Assembly: GCF_001194135.2 (NCBI RefSeq)
Contig: NC_068986.1
Location: forward strand, 2,388,396-2,452,395
Source: Octopus bimaculoides
Lineage: Eukaryota
Length of the DNA stretch: 64,000 bases
Reading direction: 5' to 3'
The translations under genes were made by a program, and so were the position numbers. The notes beneath the pieces were generated by a model that was given only the letters and a program-made list of their open reading frames with translations, ran no database searches and had not been told where the DNA came from. Shown here in pieces: positions 52,018-63,777 of the stretch. How positions within the stretch are numbered: the first letter of the stretch is position 1; the number at the start of each line of letters is the position of its first letter.

Positions 52018-52221
52018 CTCGAATATCCAACGAAGTCCTCCAAAGTTTATATACTCATTAAAAGCGAAATAGTTTTGCTTTGCGGATTTGCAGACTTTCA
52101 GCGATCAAGCTGTTTTTGAAGACAAGACTCTTGTGCAAATATTGCATTTATTTATTCTTAAATCGTAGCGAGTAAAGTGCTTAATTACTAATGTCGTCCA
52201 CGAAATAAAGTGACATAGAAA
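52018..52221 (-). other. Candidate 204-nt non-coding exon
   Basis: ttttgtacatttcag acceptor and GAG|gtaaat donor; CpG-retaining; only short closed ORFs. Confidence 0.45.
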
Positions 52222-52884
52222 CTGAAATGTACAAAAGTGTGGTGGGGGAAGGAGTGACAAAGAACAAGTTTTCATCTGTCAAATTAAAGAGTTGCGACGC
52301 AAACAGCAACGTAAATATACAAATAATTAAAGTTCAAGTTAGCACCAAAATTACATGAAATAAATAAAAATGAATAAGTCAATTCCGATTTTGATACAGA
52401 TTGGTGTTAAAAAAAATTAACAAAACAACAAAAAATAAGCAAACAAATGAAAACTTAATTGCTTCTTTTCGTCATTGTTCTCCTTGTTATTGTTGTTGAA
52501 AGTTAATTAGTTTGATTTATGGAAATTTATTTTGCCGACTGCTTCTTGTCACTTTTTACCAACAGCAACCATTCCCTTTCCAGTCTTTTGTATTTTTTGT
52601 TTTCTTGAAATAACGATTATACGGTTATGAGGCAAGGGAGACATTTTATTCTGTTACACACACACACACACACACACTCTCTCTCTCTCTATCTCTCTTA
52701 AATCAAGAGTAATATATTTAATGAGGTAAAGGTGGTGGGCAAAAATGGAACAGAAAGCCTAAAAGGAGACACGAAAGAGATGAGGGCTAGAAAGAAAGAA
52801 ACCCAAGCAAATAGTTTATTACTAATCTTAAATAGTCTTTATTACTAGTACAGTTGCTATTTACATCTTACATTTGCTTAGGTG

Positions 52885-52907
52885 TCACTAGCACGATATA
52901 TATATAT

Positions 52908-52982
<75 letters not shown>

Positions 52983-52983
52983 C

Positions 52984-53022
<39 letters not shown>

Positions 53023-53132
53023 CATACATATATGTATATATACATACATATATATATATACACACATACATACATATATATACATACATACATATATATA
53101 CATACATACATATATATATACATACATATATA

Positions 53133-53173
<41 letters not shown>

Positions 53174-53189
53174 ACATACATATATATAT

Positions 53190-53228
<39 letters not shown>
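52885..53228. repeat. Long (AT)n / (TATATACATACA)-type microsatellite
   Basis: Read directly. Confidence 0.95.
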
Positions 53229-53231
<3 letters not shown>

Positions 53232-53497
53232 ATATAAAATTATCGAGCACGGTTTCTTTCGTTCCTAATATATATATATATATATATATATATTCAGGAG
53301 TTGGTAAACGTTAAACTAATATGTTCTACCGCTCGTGTATCGTCGTCAATGTTAAATAAGTACAGCAGTAGTGCTGGGGCATTTCGTATTGACTTACATT
53401 AAAACAGTGTATACTATCTACCAAGACATATGATTAAATATATTCACCGACATTTAGCAGGTGTGTAATTAAATAGAGCTTTTTTTCAGTTTCTTAC

Positions 53498-53660
53498 CTG
53501 ACAATCTGCAACATTGCCACGCTTGACAATGTCACACGACAGCTAACATCACTTGAAAGTGTTTGATGCAGAGGTAAAAAGTTAAATATCTGCCGTTGTT
53601 CTTATTTTATTACACGAGAGAGAAAGCCGCCTTCTCCTCTCCCTTTACTGGATCAATGTC
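53498..53660 (-). other. Candidate first or upstream exon (5' boundary unknown)
   Basis: Strong donor CAG|gtaaga at 53497; CpG-containing unique sequence. Confidence 0.35.
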
Positions 53661-54030
53661 AGAATGAGCCGTGATAGCCGGACTAGCAACACAACTGTTA
53701 CTACCACCACTAACACCACTACTCTCACTACCACCCTGGCTGTTGGTGTTCCTACTCTAGCAGTTCTACTACCACCAACTTCTACTGCAGACTCATTGTT
53801 GTGCTTCTACTGTCAGTCTACTGCTTTAATGTTACTACTGTCAGCCTTACTGCTCTCGTGCTTCTACCATCTGCCTACTGCTCGAGTGCATCTACTGTAA
53901 CTCTACTGCTCGAGTGCATCTACTATAACTCTACTGCTCTTGTGCTTCTACTGCAACCCTACTGCTCTAGTATTATTACTGCCACCTTACTGCTCCAGTG
54001 CTTCTATTGTCAGTCTTACTGCTGGAGTGC
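53660..54030. repeat. Cryptic (CTA/CTG)n low-complexity repeat
   Basis: Recurrent ctactg, ctgctc and cttcta units. Confidence 0.75.
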
Positions 54031-57000
54031 TTCTCGTTCTTTACAAAAAAAAACACTTCTGTATAATCTCCAATCAGCTTTAACTTTTTTAATGCACTGC
54101 TGAACGGCAAAATTTGTAGATACACCACCCCAGCAGTAGCGGTAGAAACAAAGTTTTAGTGGGAATCATCACAATAAAAGAAGATCCAGAGTGTAATCAG
54201 TTGTTTAACCCGAGATATGTCCCTAATTAAGCAAGCCGAATACAAAAGGGCTTCAGTTATTTATTCAGACACAGTCCAAACCGGAATATACTTTCTCGTG
54301 TGCCCTTTTCGTAAGTCAAGAGAATGCGATAGGAAGGAAATTTGGCTGCTATTTCTTTAGCCGGTCGATCGACCACATAGAAACTCCAGCTCGTGTACAT
54401 GACCTTCTATCACGGCTTGATAATAATATATTTAAAAAAAAAAAAAACAGTACAGTACCATCACTGAATGCAGAATGTTGTTTTCCTTGATATATTATAT
54501 ATTGGTAAATTCACTGTGACATATATACAACTATATTTACCACTAGATATACTGGTAGCTAAGAACTCGAGCAACTATAACATGTTAATGATCAAATATT
54601 CAATGACTAGATACTTAAGTGTTGTTTAGTGTCCACCAGGATGAATTAATATCATATAATATAGATTACAGTTTCTGGCAATGTCTCTAATTAGCGCTGT
54701 CTTGGACAATAGATTTAAACTAGTAAAACAAACAAACATGGTTCTATTTTAATGATTGCAACATCATAACACCTAACGTTAGATCCAACTGTATTGTGAT
54801 GAGACCGAATTTGTTTTCTGTGAGTGCTTAACGGGCAAAAACGAACTTAGTTTGAGTTACACTGGGTAGAAATACGGTACACGACGAGATCAATCGAACT
54901 TTTAAAAACCTCATAAGACTGATTGATGTTAATTTGCTTAATATTCTAATATAATCGGTTGTAGATAATTGATGAGGGGAAACACGAAGAGATTTCTGGA
55001 CTGCCAAAAGTTCTGAGAAAGAAATACTAGGCTTTTATACTTCAGTTTAATATAAAATTGTTTTTACCCTAATTCTCCATAAAAGAAACAAACAAACATT
55101 GATAGTAATAGCTCTATTCCAACGTGATTGCCGAACTTTTTAGAGACCGCGAGAGCAATCGCTGATTGTGTGCATTTTCGTTCCAACTTATATTGTCTAT
55201 TAAAGTACAAATAATGTCAGCTGATACACAAGAAATTCTCACTAAAATAAATAATGCCGATTTTTATTAGCAATGATAGAATATTCTTTTGTTTCTGACT
55301 TTAAATAAGTGAATGTAAGCAATTCTTGACCTATATATAGCAAAAAAACTTTTCAGTTACATCCTCAGAATTTTTTTCTTTCATTACAAATCGAAATGTT
55401 CGAGGGTTTGTGTTTGTTTTCTGTTTTGGAGACTTGAATCTATATTCCCAAAAACACGATGAATTTGCGTCACATATATATATCCTTTATATTCTACTTG
55501 TGGGGCACAAACACACATAACTTACACACATACATACACATTATACTGTTGACTTTTTAGAAACTGAAAGTTAATGTTAAATTGAACAATATTTCCAAAC
55601 ATTTCGAAATGCTTAGGGATATTATTTTATTTGCTTAATAAACCAATATTTTATATACGAAGGGTATCAAAATCCTTTAGAGTGAGCTAAAATATCGGTT
55701 GACATGCTAAAAATAACAGCTAAATTCACTCAAATCACACCCAACTATCTTTGAAAGGGAAAAGAAGCATAGTATAATGAAGTCTTAGATGTATAAAAAA
55801 AAAAGGCTGGATGGTCACGACTGGAAAGCATTTGATCACAAGTCTACCAGTTCAGGGTTGACCTGATTTAAAAGAACAAGAAATAAGACGCTACAAAAAT
55901 CCAACTATTACAAGAAACCTAAGATATTGTGCCGTCAACAGTCACGTGATAAATAATAACTGGGGTCCAGTTATATTTTGGGTGGCTTAGGAAAAACATC
56001 GCTAAATTTTTAATTTTTGTAGGTTTTTAAGTCTTTACATAAATGTTTGTTTTATTAAATGTTTTAAAATTATTTATTTTCTCTTAGTTGAAGCTGCAAT
56101 AAGTGAAAAGGGAAACGAGGTATTAAGGCAGGGAGTGGATCTTTTCGCAAATTCTAAGATTACGCTGCCTTCCAAAGTTTTCTTTGGTTTCCCTACACCA
56201 TGGCTATCCTTCACACTGAAGTCATAACTTTTTTTTACCAAGTATACATCATTAAATTGTAATACATGCAATCACACACACACACACACACACACACACA
56301 TGATGGGGTTTCTTTCAGCTTCTGTCTACCAAATCGACTTGCAAAGCCTTGGTCAACCCAAGGCTATAGGAGAAGACATTTGTTGGGGTGGTCACTGTTT
56401 GAACCCCATTGTAGATTTACTCATCACCCAGTTTAACACCATCACCTGGTTCTTGGGTATCTTTGACAGAGTCCATTCTGTTGCATGTATTCAAGTCATA
56501 TCTCGAGTTTGAGGATGCCTCCCTCCCACCAATGTCAGAGTCCTTGTACATGGATATGAGCATTGCCCTTCATTTCAAACAAAATGATATAAAAAAAAAC
56601 ATTCCTGAAATCTGAGACCAGGGAGAAATTTCATGAGGGAGGACTACAGTATATGGATACAGACATGGCTATGTATAATTAAGAAGTTTAAATTGTAATA
56701 ACTGCCTGCCTTCAGGTTCAATCCCACTGTACAGCACCTTGAGCATCTAGGCTTGAGAGAGACTTTAACTAACCAAAACATCACAGCAGTACAGTAGGTC
56801 AGATCAGGTTCACCTCTGTTATTGATGGAACTATAGATATGTATATGAACATCTGTTGGTGCTTCTACTTACCAATGTAATCATGCAGTAATTACTGTAA
56901 TATTTCTGTATTTACAATTGTTTTGAATGTATATTGTTGTCATTAATAATAGTTGTTATTGAAACTTCAGCTATAGTTCACATTGTTATTATATTATATT

Positions 57001-58363
57001 ATATTACAATGACAACAGCATGAGCCAGACTGAATAATGTTTGCTTGGAGAAACAAATATTATAATTTTCCTTAATCTCAATAACAACAATGCTATCGAC
57101 ATAACAGTGATGGTGATGGCAGTGACAGGGATGGTATAGAGGTAGAGTAGTGGTGTGGGTCCTCTTTATCATCATTATCATCAAATTAGCTTATATATAT
57201 TATATAATTACTACACATATTAGAGTCACATGTATTATGATTCTATTACATGTATGTATGTGTGCAGGGATGTTTTATGAGGAAGCATTAATAAAGATTG
57301 TTACATATCTTTTTTAAAAAAGCAGCAGTGAGAGGAATTCCTCAGCCACATGAGAAATTTTATTCAAATTTTAATTTGAAACTGCCCGCTCATGAAATGT
57401 CTGAAACTCCACATGAGAAAACAGTTTCATACTAAACATCAAAACAGTAATTGAATATAAATTGCATAGAATTAAAAATCCATTATTTTTATAAACACAG
57501 ATGTGCCTGCCTCCCACATGTTCATCTGCATTTGTAATTTACCCCTGGTATTAGAAAGATAACCCTGTTAAGAGCTCCTAGTTTAGGGTATTCCTTGCAT
57601 CCCAAGGTAGGGGGAGGGGGTATGCCAAACCATGTTAATGTGGATGTCCTTCCTTTCAGCACATAAGTTATGGTGGACATAACCTCAGTAACGAATGTAG
57701 ATGACCAGCATCCCCTTCTGAAAGAAATCACAAACTAGGCTGATCAGGCTGGGGGAGGGGGGGGGGCTATAAAATCCCCTGAAAGAATGAAAATCTGATT
57801 TCAAATCCTAGGCAGATGGAGTTCATAAGCATGAGTAGTATTGCAACTGCCTAAGGGAAGGAAACCCTGACAGAAAATTAACCCCCTTCAGGTCTTAAAG
57901 GTCAACATTGATCTAATCCTCTGATCTGGAAAAAAAAATTCTGATTGCAGAAACTTGAAGCACTCAGAAGAATCAACAACACTAAAAAGGTCCCAAATCT
58001 TTGTTTCAAAGAAATAGTATTCTTTGTGGATATTTATTGATCATTAGCTAATGATAATGAGTACTCGTTGTCATTGCCACCATCATCATCATCATCCTCA
58101 TAGCCACCTTTCCATGCATGGGTAAAATGAAATTTGTAGAAGTAGATTTTTTACCTCCAGATACCCTTCCTGTCACCAACCCTCACATTCTTATGTATGT
58201 GTATTTATACTGTGTGCATATTTATATGAGTGTATGTATTTCTACTTATGTGTGTGTGTGTGATCATCATCATCATCATCATTTAACATCCGCCTTCCAT
58301 GCTGACATGGATCGTATATATATATATATGTTTGTGTGTGAGGGTGTGAATGTATATCTCCAT

Positions 58364-58456
<93 letters not shown>

Positions 58457-58879
58457 GTTACGAGTATATGGCTGTGAGAGTGTGGTTGTATAATTTTTTT
58501 AGTTTGTTCTTACTTCTAAGCATTTCTTTCTGTGCAAGTGTATTATGGTGTTGGTTTTGCTACAGTTCGTTGAGTTAGAAAATATTTTAAGGCGTGGTGA
58601 GAAAATTTAACTAAAGTTATGAGTCCATAAAATATTATGGCATGTTCTTGTGAGCTTTTAACCTCATTTGAAGCCTCTCGCTTTTCATTACTATTTCTTC
58701 ATTTAATCTTTATACCTGCTGCTGTCTGCTCCCCATTTAATTGGGGAGTGAGAGATAAGGATAATGCATGAAAGAGGAAAGGTGAGGAAGGGAAGAGATG
58801 TAGTTTGGTTTGTTGGGGTAAGGTGTGTGAAAAGTTTTCTTCTTTCATGTGGATGGAACACACAGAGCTTCTAGAACTC

Positions 58880-59365
58880 AGTTTTGTTGATGTGAGCAAG
58901 TCTTCTCAAGAACCTCACATTGTCAGACATTTTGATCCATTGTCATTTCCTCCATGAGGCCCAACATCCTGAGATCGGTCCTTACCACTTCATCTCATTC
59001 CTGGGTCTCCCTCTTCAACTGGTACCATCTACTTTCAGTGATTGGCATTTCTTTATATAGCTATCCTCATTCATACACATCACATGTCCAAACCAATGCA
59101 GTCTTCTCTCTTGCAAGTTGCATTTGATTCCTCTTATGCCCAACTTTTCTCTCAATATGTTTGCACTTTGTCATACATGCATATTGATATTGCACATCCA
59201 ACAGAGCATACTACCTTCATTTCTCTCCAGTCTGTGCATGTCTTCTGCACTCAGAACCCATGTCTCACTACCATGAAGCATAGCCATTCGCATACAAGCA
59301 TCATACAGTCTACCTTTCACTCTGAGAGAGACCTTTTGTTGCCAACAGAGGCAATAGTTCTCTGA
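58880..59365 (-). mobile_element. Decayed RTE RT C-terminal fragment
   Basis: KGRLYDAC.RMAMLHGSETW..EDMHRLERNE, QERRLHWFGHVM. Confidence 0.8.
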
Positions 59366-59369
59366 ACCT

Positions 59370-59600
59370 CCTCCATCCTGTGGCCATTGCCAGTACCTCT
59401 TGACTGGCCTTCGTGCCAGTGGCACATAAAAGCACCCACTACACTCTCGGAGTGGTTGGCGTTAGGAAGAGCATCCAGCTGTAGAAACTCTGCCAAATCA
59501 GATTGGAGCCTGGTGTAGCCATCTGGTTCACCAGTCCTCAGACAAATCGTCCAACCCATGCCAGCATGGAAAGCGGACGTTAAATGATGATGATGATGAT
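59370..59600 (+). mobile_element. RTE-family 3' UTR with (ATG)n tail
   Basis: Reverse complement of the 41771-41940 type. Confidence 0.85.
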
Positions 59601-60505
59601 GATATATATATATACACACACACAGATACACACTCACACATACATACAAACACATATATGCACACACACACACACATATATCCAACATCTATGAGATGAG
59701 TAAAATGTGGATATTTTTTGCTATACAAAAAAGCCCTAATATAAAGTAGAACACAAAACGAGAAGTTGTGATGTTCATGTGTTTCTCTAGAACAACAGCA
59801 GCATAAATGAAGTTTAATATATTGTTCAATAAAGAATACCAGATAAATACCATTATAGTAAAAACAATAAAAATATAATCTATAATTGCTTAATGTCATT
59901 ATAAGAGCCAGCATATAATTGTCTTACAGGTAAAAGTTCCATCATATCAACAGAAATTGGATAAGCAGGTAATAAAAAGTAAGACGAAATGACAGATGGA
60001 GAACTGGAATAAACTTGTTTCCTTTCCTTTATATAATTTTGTGGCTTGTGGATTAATCAACACAAACATTAACAATGAAGACGAAAATAGATTTTTTAAT
60101 AATTATATAGGTAATAAAAGATTATCTAACCTTAAATCTTGTCACTTGGCAATCCAAACTGAACAGAACTGGTACAACTAGTTCTTCTTATTTTTTGCAT
60201 CAGGCAACCCACTCGAGAGAGAGAAAAAAATAGAATTTAATTATCATAAATAATAATAATAATATATATATATATATATATATTATTGATACTCTGACAA
60301 TGGCCACAAAATGTTGACCAGGAAGCTTCGATATGTTATACTGCAACAAATTAATTTATTATGCAATAAACATGGTCAAGACTTTCTCATTGAACTGAAT
60401 TATATTGCACGCACAATGTTTCAATCATTCTTATTATCAGGCACAAACTCTGTTCCATCTCTCTCTCGCTTTGTCTTTCCCTCTCTTTCTCTCTCTCTGT
60501 GTCTT

Positions 60506-60577
<72 letters not shown>

Positions 60578-60587
60578 GGGTAAGCCG

Positions 60588-60658
60588 GTTTATGGGGTTA
60601 CCCTGGGTTTCTCACTTATAAGGGGCTTCGCCCTACAGCGTATCTTCAGACCCCAAAC
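60588..60658 (-). ncRNA. Type I hammerhead ribozyme motif
   Basis: gttt-GGGGU CUGAAGA [stem II] GAAA CCC-A-GGG UA^ ACCCC-au-aaac; core boxes intact, stem I 5 bp plus 4 bp, GUA cleavage triplet. Confidence 0.7.
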
Positions 60659-60799
60659 ACTGCTGGTTCAAGATCTCTTCAAAATATGGAGGGGGAAAAG
60701 CTTCATTTTAAAGGTAAAACCCTAAATGATTATTTCCCTTTGCCATTGACAATCAATCTTCGGCCACACCGCCATCGTGCGGTTACCAAAGCCTTACCA

Positions 60800-61410
60800 A
60801 TAGCTTCCCTGACATCCACAATGCTCGACCTATTGGCCACTATAGTAGTAGTAGTAGTAGCAGAAGCAACAGATCCAGTTCCATCACTGTCTGTAACAGC
60901 AACATAATTAACAGCGGCAGTTCCCCCTCCAGAACCAGGAGTGGTGATAGCACTACTGTCACCACCACCACATCCTCCACCATCACCAGCAACCCCAGCA
61001 GCCCTTACTCCATCAACAACAACAGCAACACTAGCAGCAGCAGCAGCAGCAGCAGCGACGACAACAACAACAATAGCAACAACAGCAGCACAAGCAACGA
61101 GCACAAGGACAAGAATATGATTGGCACCAACACCACCCTCAGCACCAACAGCAGCAGCCCAACTCCAGTAGTGACAACACCAGCACCAACAGCAGCGACA
61201 ACACCAGCACCAACAGCAGCAGCCCAACTCCAGCAGCGACAACACCAGCACCAACAGCAGCGACAACACCAGCACCAACAGCAGTAGCCCAACTCCAGCA
61301 GTGCCAACACCAGCACCAACAGCAGCAGCGACAACACCAGCACCAACAGCAGCAGCCCAACTCCAGCAGCGACAACACCACTGGCAATGGTTGCAGCAAC
61401 AGCAGCAACA
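60800..61410. repeat. CAG/CAA-rich low-complexity tandem array inside the PLE
   Basis: Units such as cagcaccaacagcagcgacaacac and cagcagcagcccaactccagcag. Confidence 0.85.
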
Positions 61411-61962
61411 AGAGGTGCAACAACATCACGCGCCAACAGAAGTACGTGGGGAGCTCTGGGAATTCTCTCAAACAGCGTATTTCCATTTCCAATCTTCCAT
61501 CCCCCTTCAGAGTCCCGTAAAGGAAATACGTGACATCACTGGCCAGCCATGTCTGGCAACTAAGAGACAAAGAGATTCCATACTAGATCACATGGAAAAT
61601 ACTCGAGAACCCAGGCCCCGACATCAATGAGCCAAAACGGTGCAAGTTATGCATTGCCAAACACGTGAGAATCCTTAAAGACTCTCTTGTGCCAGGGGAC
61701 TTCATGGACTCCAGGACGGAGATTTGCATTTCAGAAAATTCCTGCTGGTTTTTTGGAATCTGCAGGATGATGCTACAGCTGGAAACCAATAGCCACGGCT
61801 GAAAGGAGACAATCGTTTACTTTCGTGGTACTTTGGAAACTGCAAGATGGCGGCATGGCCGAAGATCGATGGCCAATGGCAAGGGGAGTTAATCACCTAG
61901 GGTTTTACCTTTATAACGAGGCTTTTCCCTTTCATATTTTGAAGAGGTCTCAGGCCAGCAGT

Positions 61963-62032
61963 GTTTGGGATCTGAAGATACACCAGGGCTAAGCCCCTTA
62001 TGAGCGAGAAATCCAGGGTAACCGCATAAAAC
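61963..62032 (+). ncRNA. Second hammerhead ribozyme motif, degenerate
   Basis: GGGAU CUGAAGA..GGGC-uaa-GCCC..GAAA UCC-A-GGG UA^ ACCGC; core intact, two stem I mismatches. Confidence 0.5.
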
Positions 62033-62059
62033 GGACTACTCCACCATAATATCAACTGC

Positions 62060-62730
62060 TCTACCTTTGGAAATATGCTGTGCATGAGAAGACCCGGCAA
62101 GACAAGTGAGACCATAACCCGTGGCCTTTACCAGGGGTGTAGCCAGCCCACTTATGTGTACTTTTCCTTCTTTGGACACAAAACTCTGCTTGTGAAAACC
62201 TGTTGAGGCAAGTGAAATTGAAATCGGACCAAATTCGATGACTGGCACCCATGCCAACCTTCCTTCAATGGACACTAAACTTTGCTTGCGAAGACCTGTG
62301 GGGGCAAGTGAAATCGAAATTGAACCAAATTCGATGACTGGCACCCATGCCAGTGGAGCGCTAACAGCACCATCCGAGCGGGATCACTGCCAGAGCAGCC
62401 GTCTGGCTTCCATGCCTGTGGCACGTAAAAAGCACCATTTGAGCATGATCTTTACCAGCGTCGCCTTACTGGCACTTGGGCCGGTGACATGTGAACAATA
62501 CATTCGAGCGAGGTCATTGCCAGTGCCGCTGGACTGACTCCTGTGCAGGTGGCACGTAAAAGCTCCCACTACACCCTCGGAGTGGTTGGCGTTAGGAAGG
62601 GCATCCAGCAGTAGAAATTCTGCCAGATCAGATTGGAGCCTGGTGCAGCCATCTGGTTCACCAGTCCTCAGTCAAATCGTCCAACTCATGCTAGCATGGA
62701 AAGCGGATGTTAAACGATGATGATGATGAT
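62060..62730 (+). mobile_element. RTE-clade LINE 3' end with internal tandem duplication and (ATG)n tail
   Basis: gagaagacccggcaag (ORF end as at 42240); duplication ~62180-62355; ends ggatgttaaacgatgatgat. Confidence 0.8.
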
Positions 62731-62754
62731 ATATATATATATATTATAGGTATA

Positions 62755-62965
62755 CTCTTTTTCTTTTTAACTCCTTTTACTTGTTTCAGTCATTTGACTG
62801 CGGCCATGCTGGAGCACCGCCTTTAGTCGAGCAAATTGACCCCAGGATTTATTCTTTGTAAGCCTAGTACTTACTCTATCAGTCTCTTATGCTGAATCGC
62901 AAAGTTACGAGGACGTAAACACACCAGCATCAGTTGTCAAACGATGTGGGGGGGGACAAACACAG
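62755..62965 (+). mobile_element. Abundant interspersed repeat (SINE-like family C)
   Basis: gtttcagtcatttgactgcggccatgctggagc..gtaaacacaccagcatc.gttgtcaa; partial copies at 17840, 26790 and 49700. Confidence 0.6.
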
Positions 62966-63777
62966 AAATGTTCTGTACTGCCCTAACTCTTCGAAATGCT
63001 TAGTTTTAGAATGGTGGCAGCTGATGAAGGAAATGTTCTGTATGTGGCCTGTGTGTTTTCTGTACTCTGTTTATCATTTTGTCCACGTTTTTTTGCCAAG
63101 TCCTGTACCCAGATATGCATCTATATATACATTTATATATCAGGATGGAGAAGAAAGGAGTAGGGAACTGTAAGAATGTGAGGGGAGAGTAACAAATGGT
63201 CAGAGATTGGTAGGGGCTAGAGTTAAGGGTAGTAAGTGACATACAGGGATGTAGATGCAGCTTGATGGGAAGTATCAGTATAGGGTGGAGAGTAAGGTGG
63301 TTCGGGGATGGTATTAGGGAGACGGGGGTGATGGTCAGGACATAAGAGCAAAGGAGGAGATGTAGAGATAGATAAGGGTGGCTAGAGCGAGTGTGTGTGT
63401 GTGTGTGTTCTCTTCTGTTTTTAATTAAATTGTTCCTCTGAGAAAGGAGCTGGTTTCTAACAAAGCTACAAAGCTCAATCATTGGAATGTAGGTAACAAA
63501 AACAATGTCACATTTTGAAAAAAACTTTGCATAGTTTTACTGATCTCTTTACAGATTGTATTTGTAATTACACGAATTAATTGGTTGATTTCTGGCTTAT
63601 CCAGATTGTCACTTAGGCATTTACACACAAAACCAAGTGCACCAATTATCATTAGTATAAAAGTGAGTTTATAATCTGGTTATAGAAGCTGGAGGTTTTG
63701 AAACAGTGGTCCATAGTCATCCTCTTCCTCTTTGATTTTCAAAGAGATATTCACATCAGCAGGTCAACTGACCTCTA

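Larger units (their letters stand above)
60569..62050 (+). mobile_element. Penelope-like element remnant with inverted pseudo-LTRs
   Basis: ~220-bp inverted repeats (60569-60790 and 61825-62050, roughly 80-85% identical by eye). Frame 61413-61750 reads QKYVGSSGNSLKQR..TSLASHVWQLRDKEIPY*ITWKILE..KRCKLCIAKHVRIL..MDSRTEI, typical of a PLE GIY-YIG endonuclease C-terminal region. Confidence 0.8.

Noticed and set aside
52854-53250. Long ORFs rich in YI/HT/CV dipeptides (also near 3.9, 5.9, 7.1, 11.5, 17.4 and 51.2 kb)
   Set aside because: Translations of microsatellites and N gaps, not genes
58880-59600. Apparent twin-priming inversion of an RTE (minus RT piece plus forward 3' UTR)
   Set aside because: The RT piece is heavily decayed while the 3' UTR copy is near the young consensus, so two independent insertions are more likely
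60730-61630. Mucin-like, poly-Q and Cys/Trp-rich ORFs
   Set aside because: Arise in several frames from a CAG-rich array inside a PLE; no splice context or domain
60569-62050. Long-TIR DNA transposon (MULE/foldback) interpretation
   Set aside because: No clear TSD or transposase; a GIY-YIG remnant and hammerhead motifs fit a Penelope-like element better
63020-63040. Other CTGATGA motifs (also 8094 and 48802) as possible hammerheads
   Set aside because: No stem II/GAAA/stem III/stem I arrangement can be built around them
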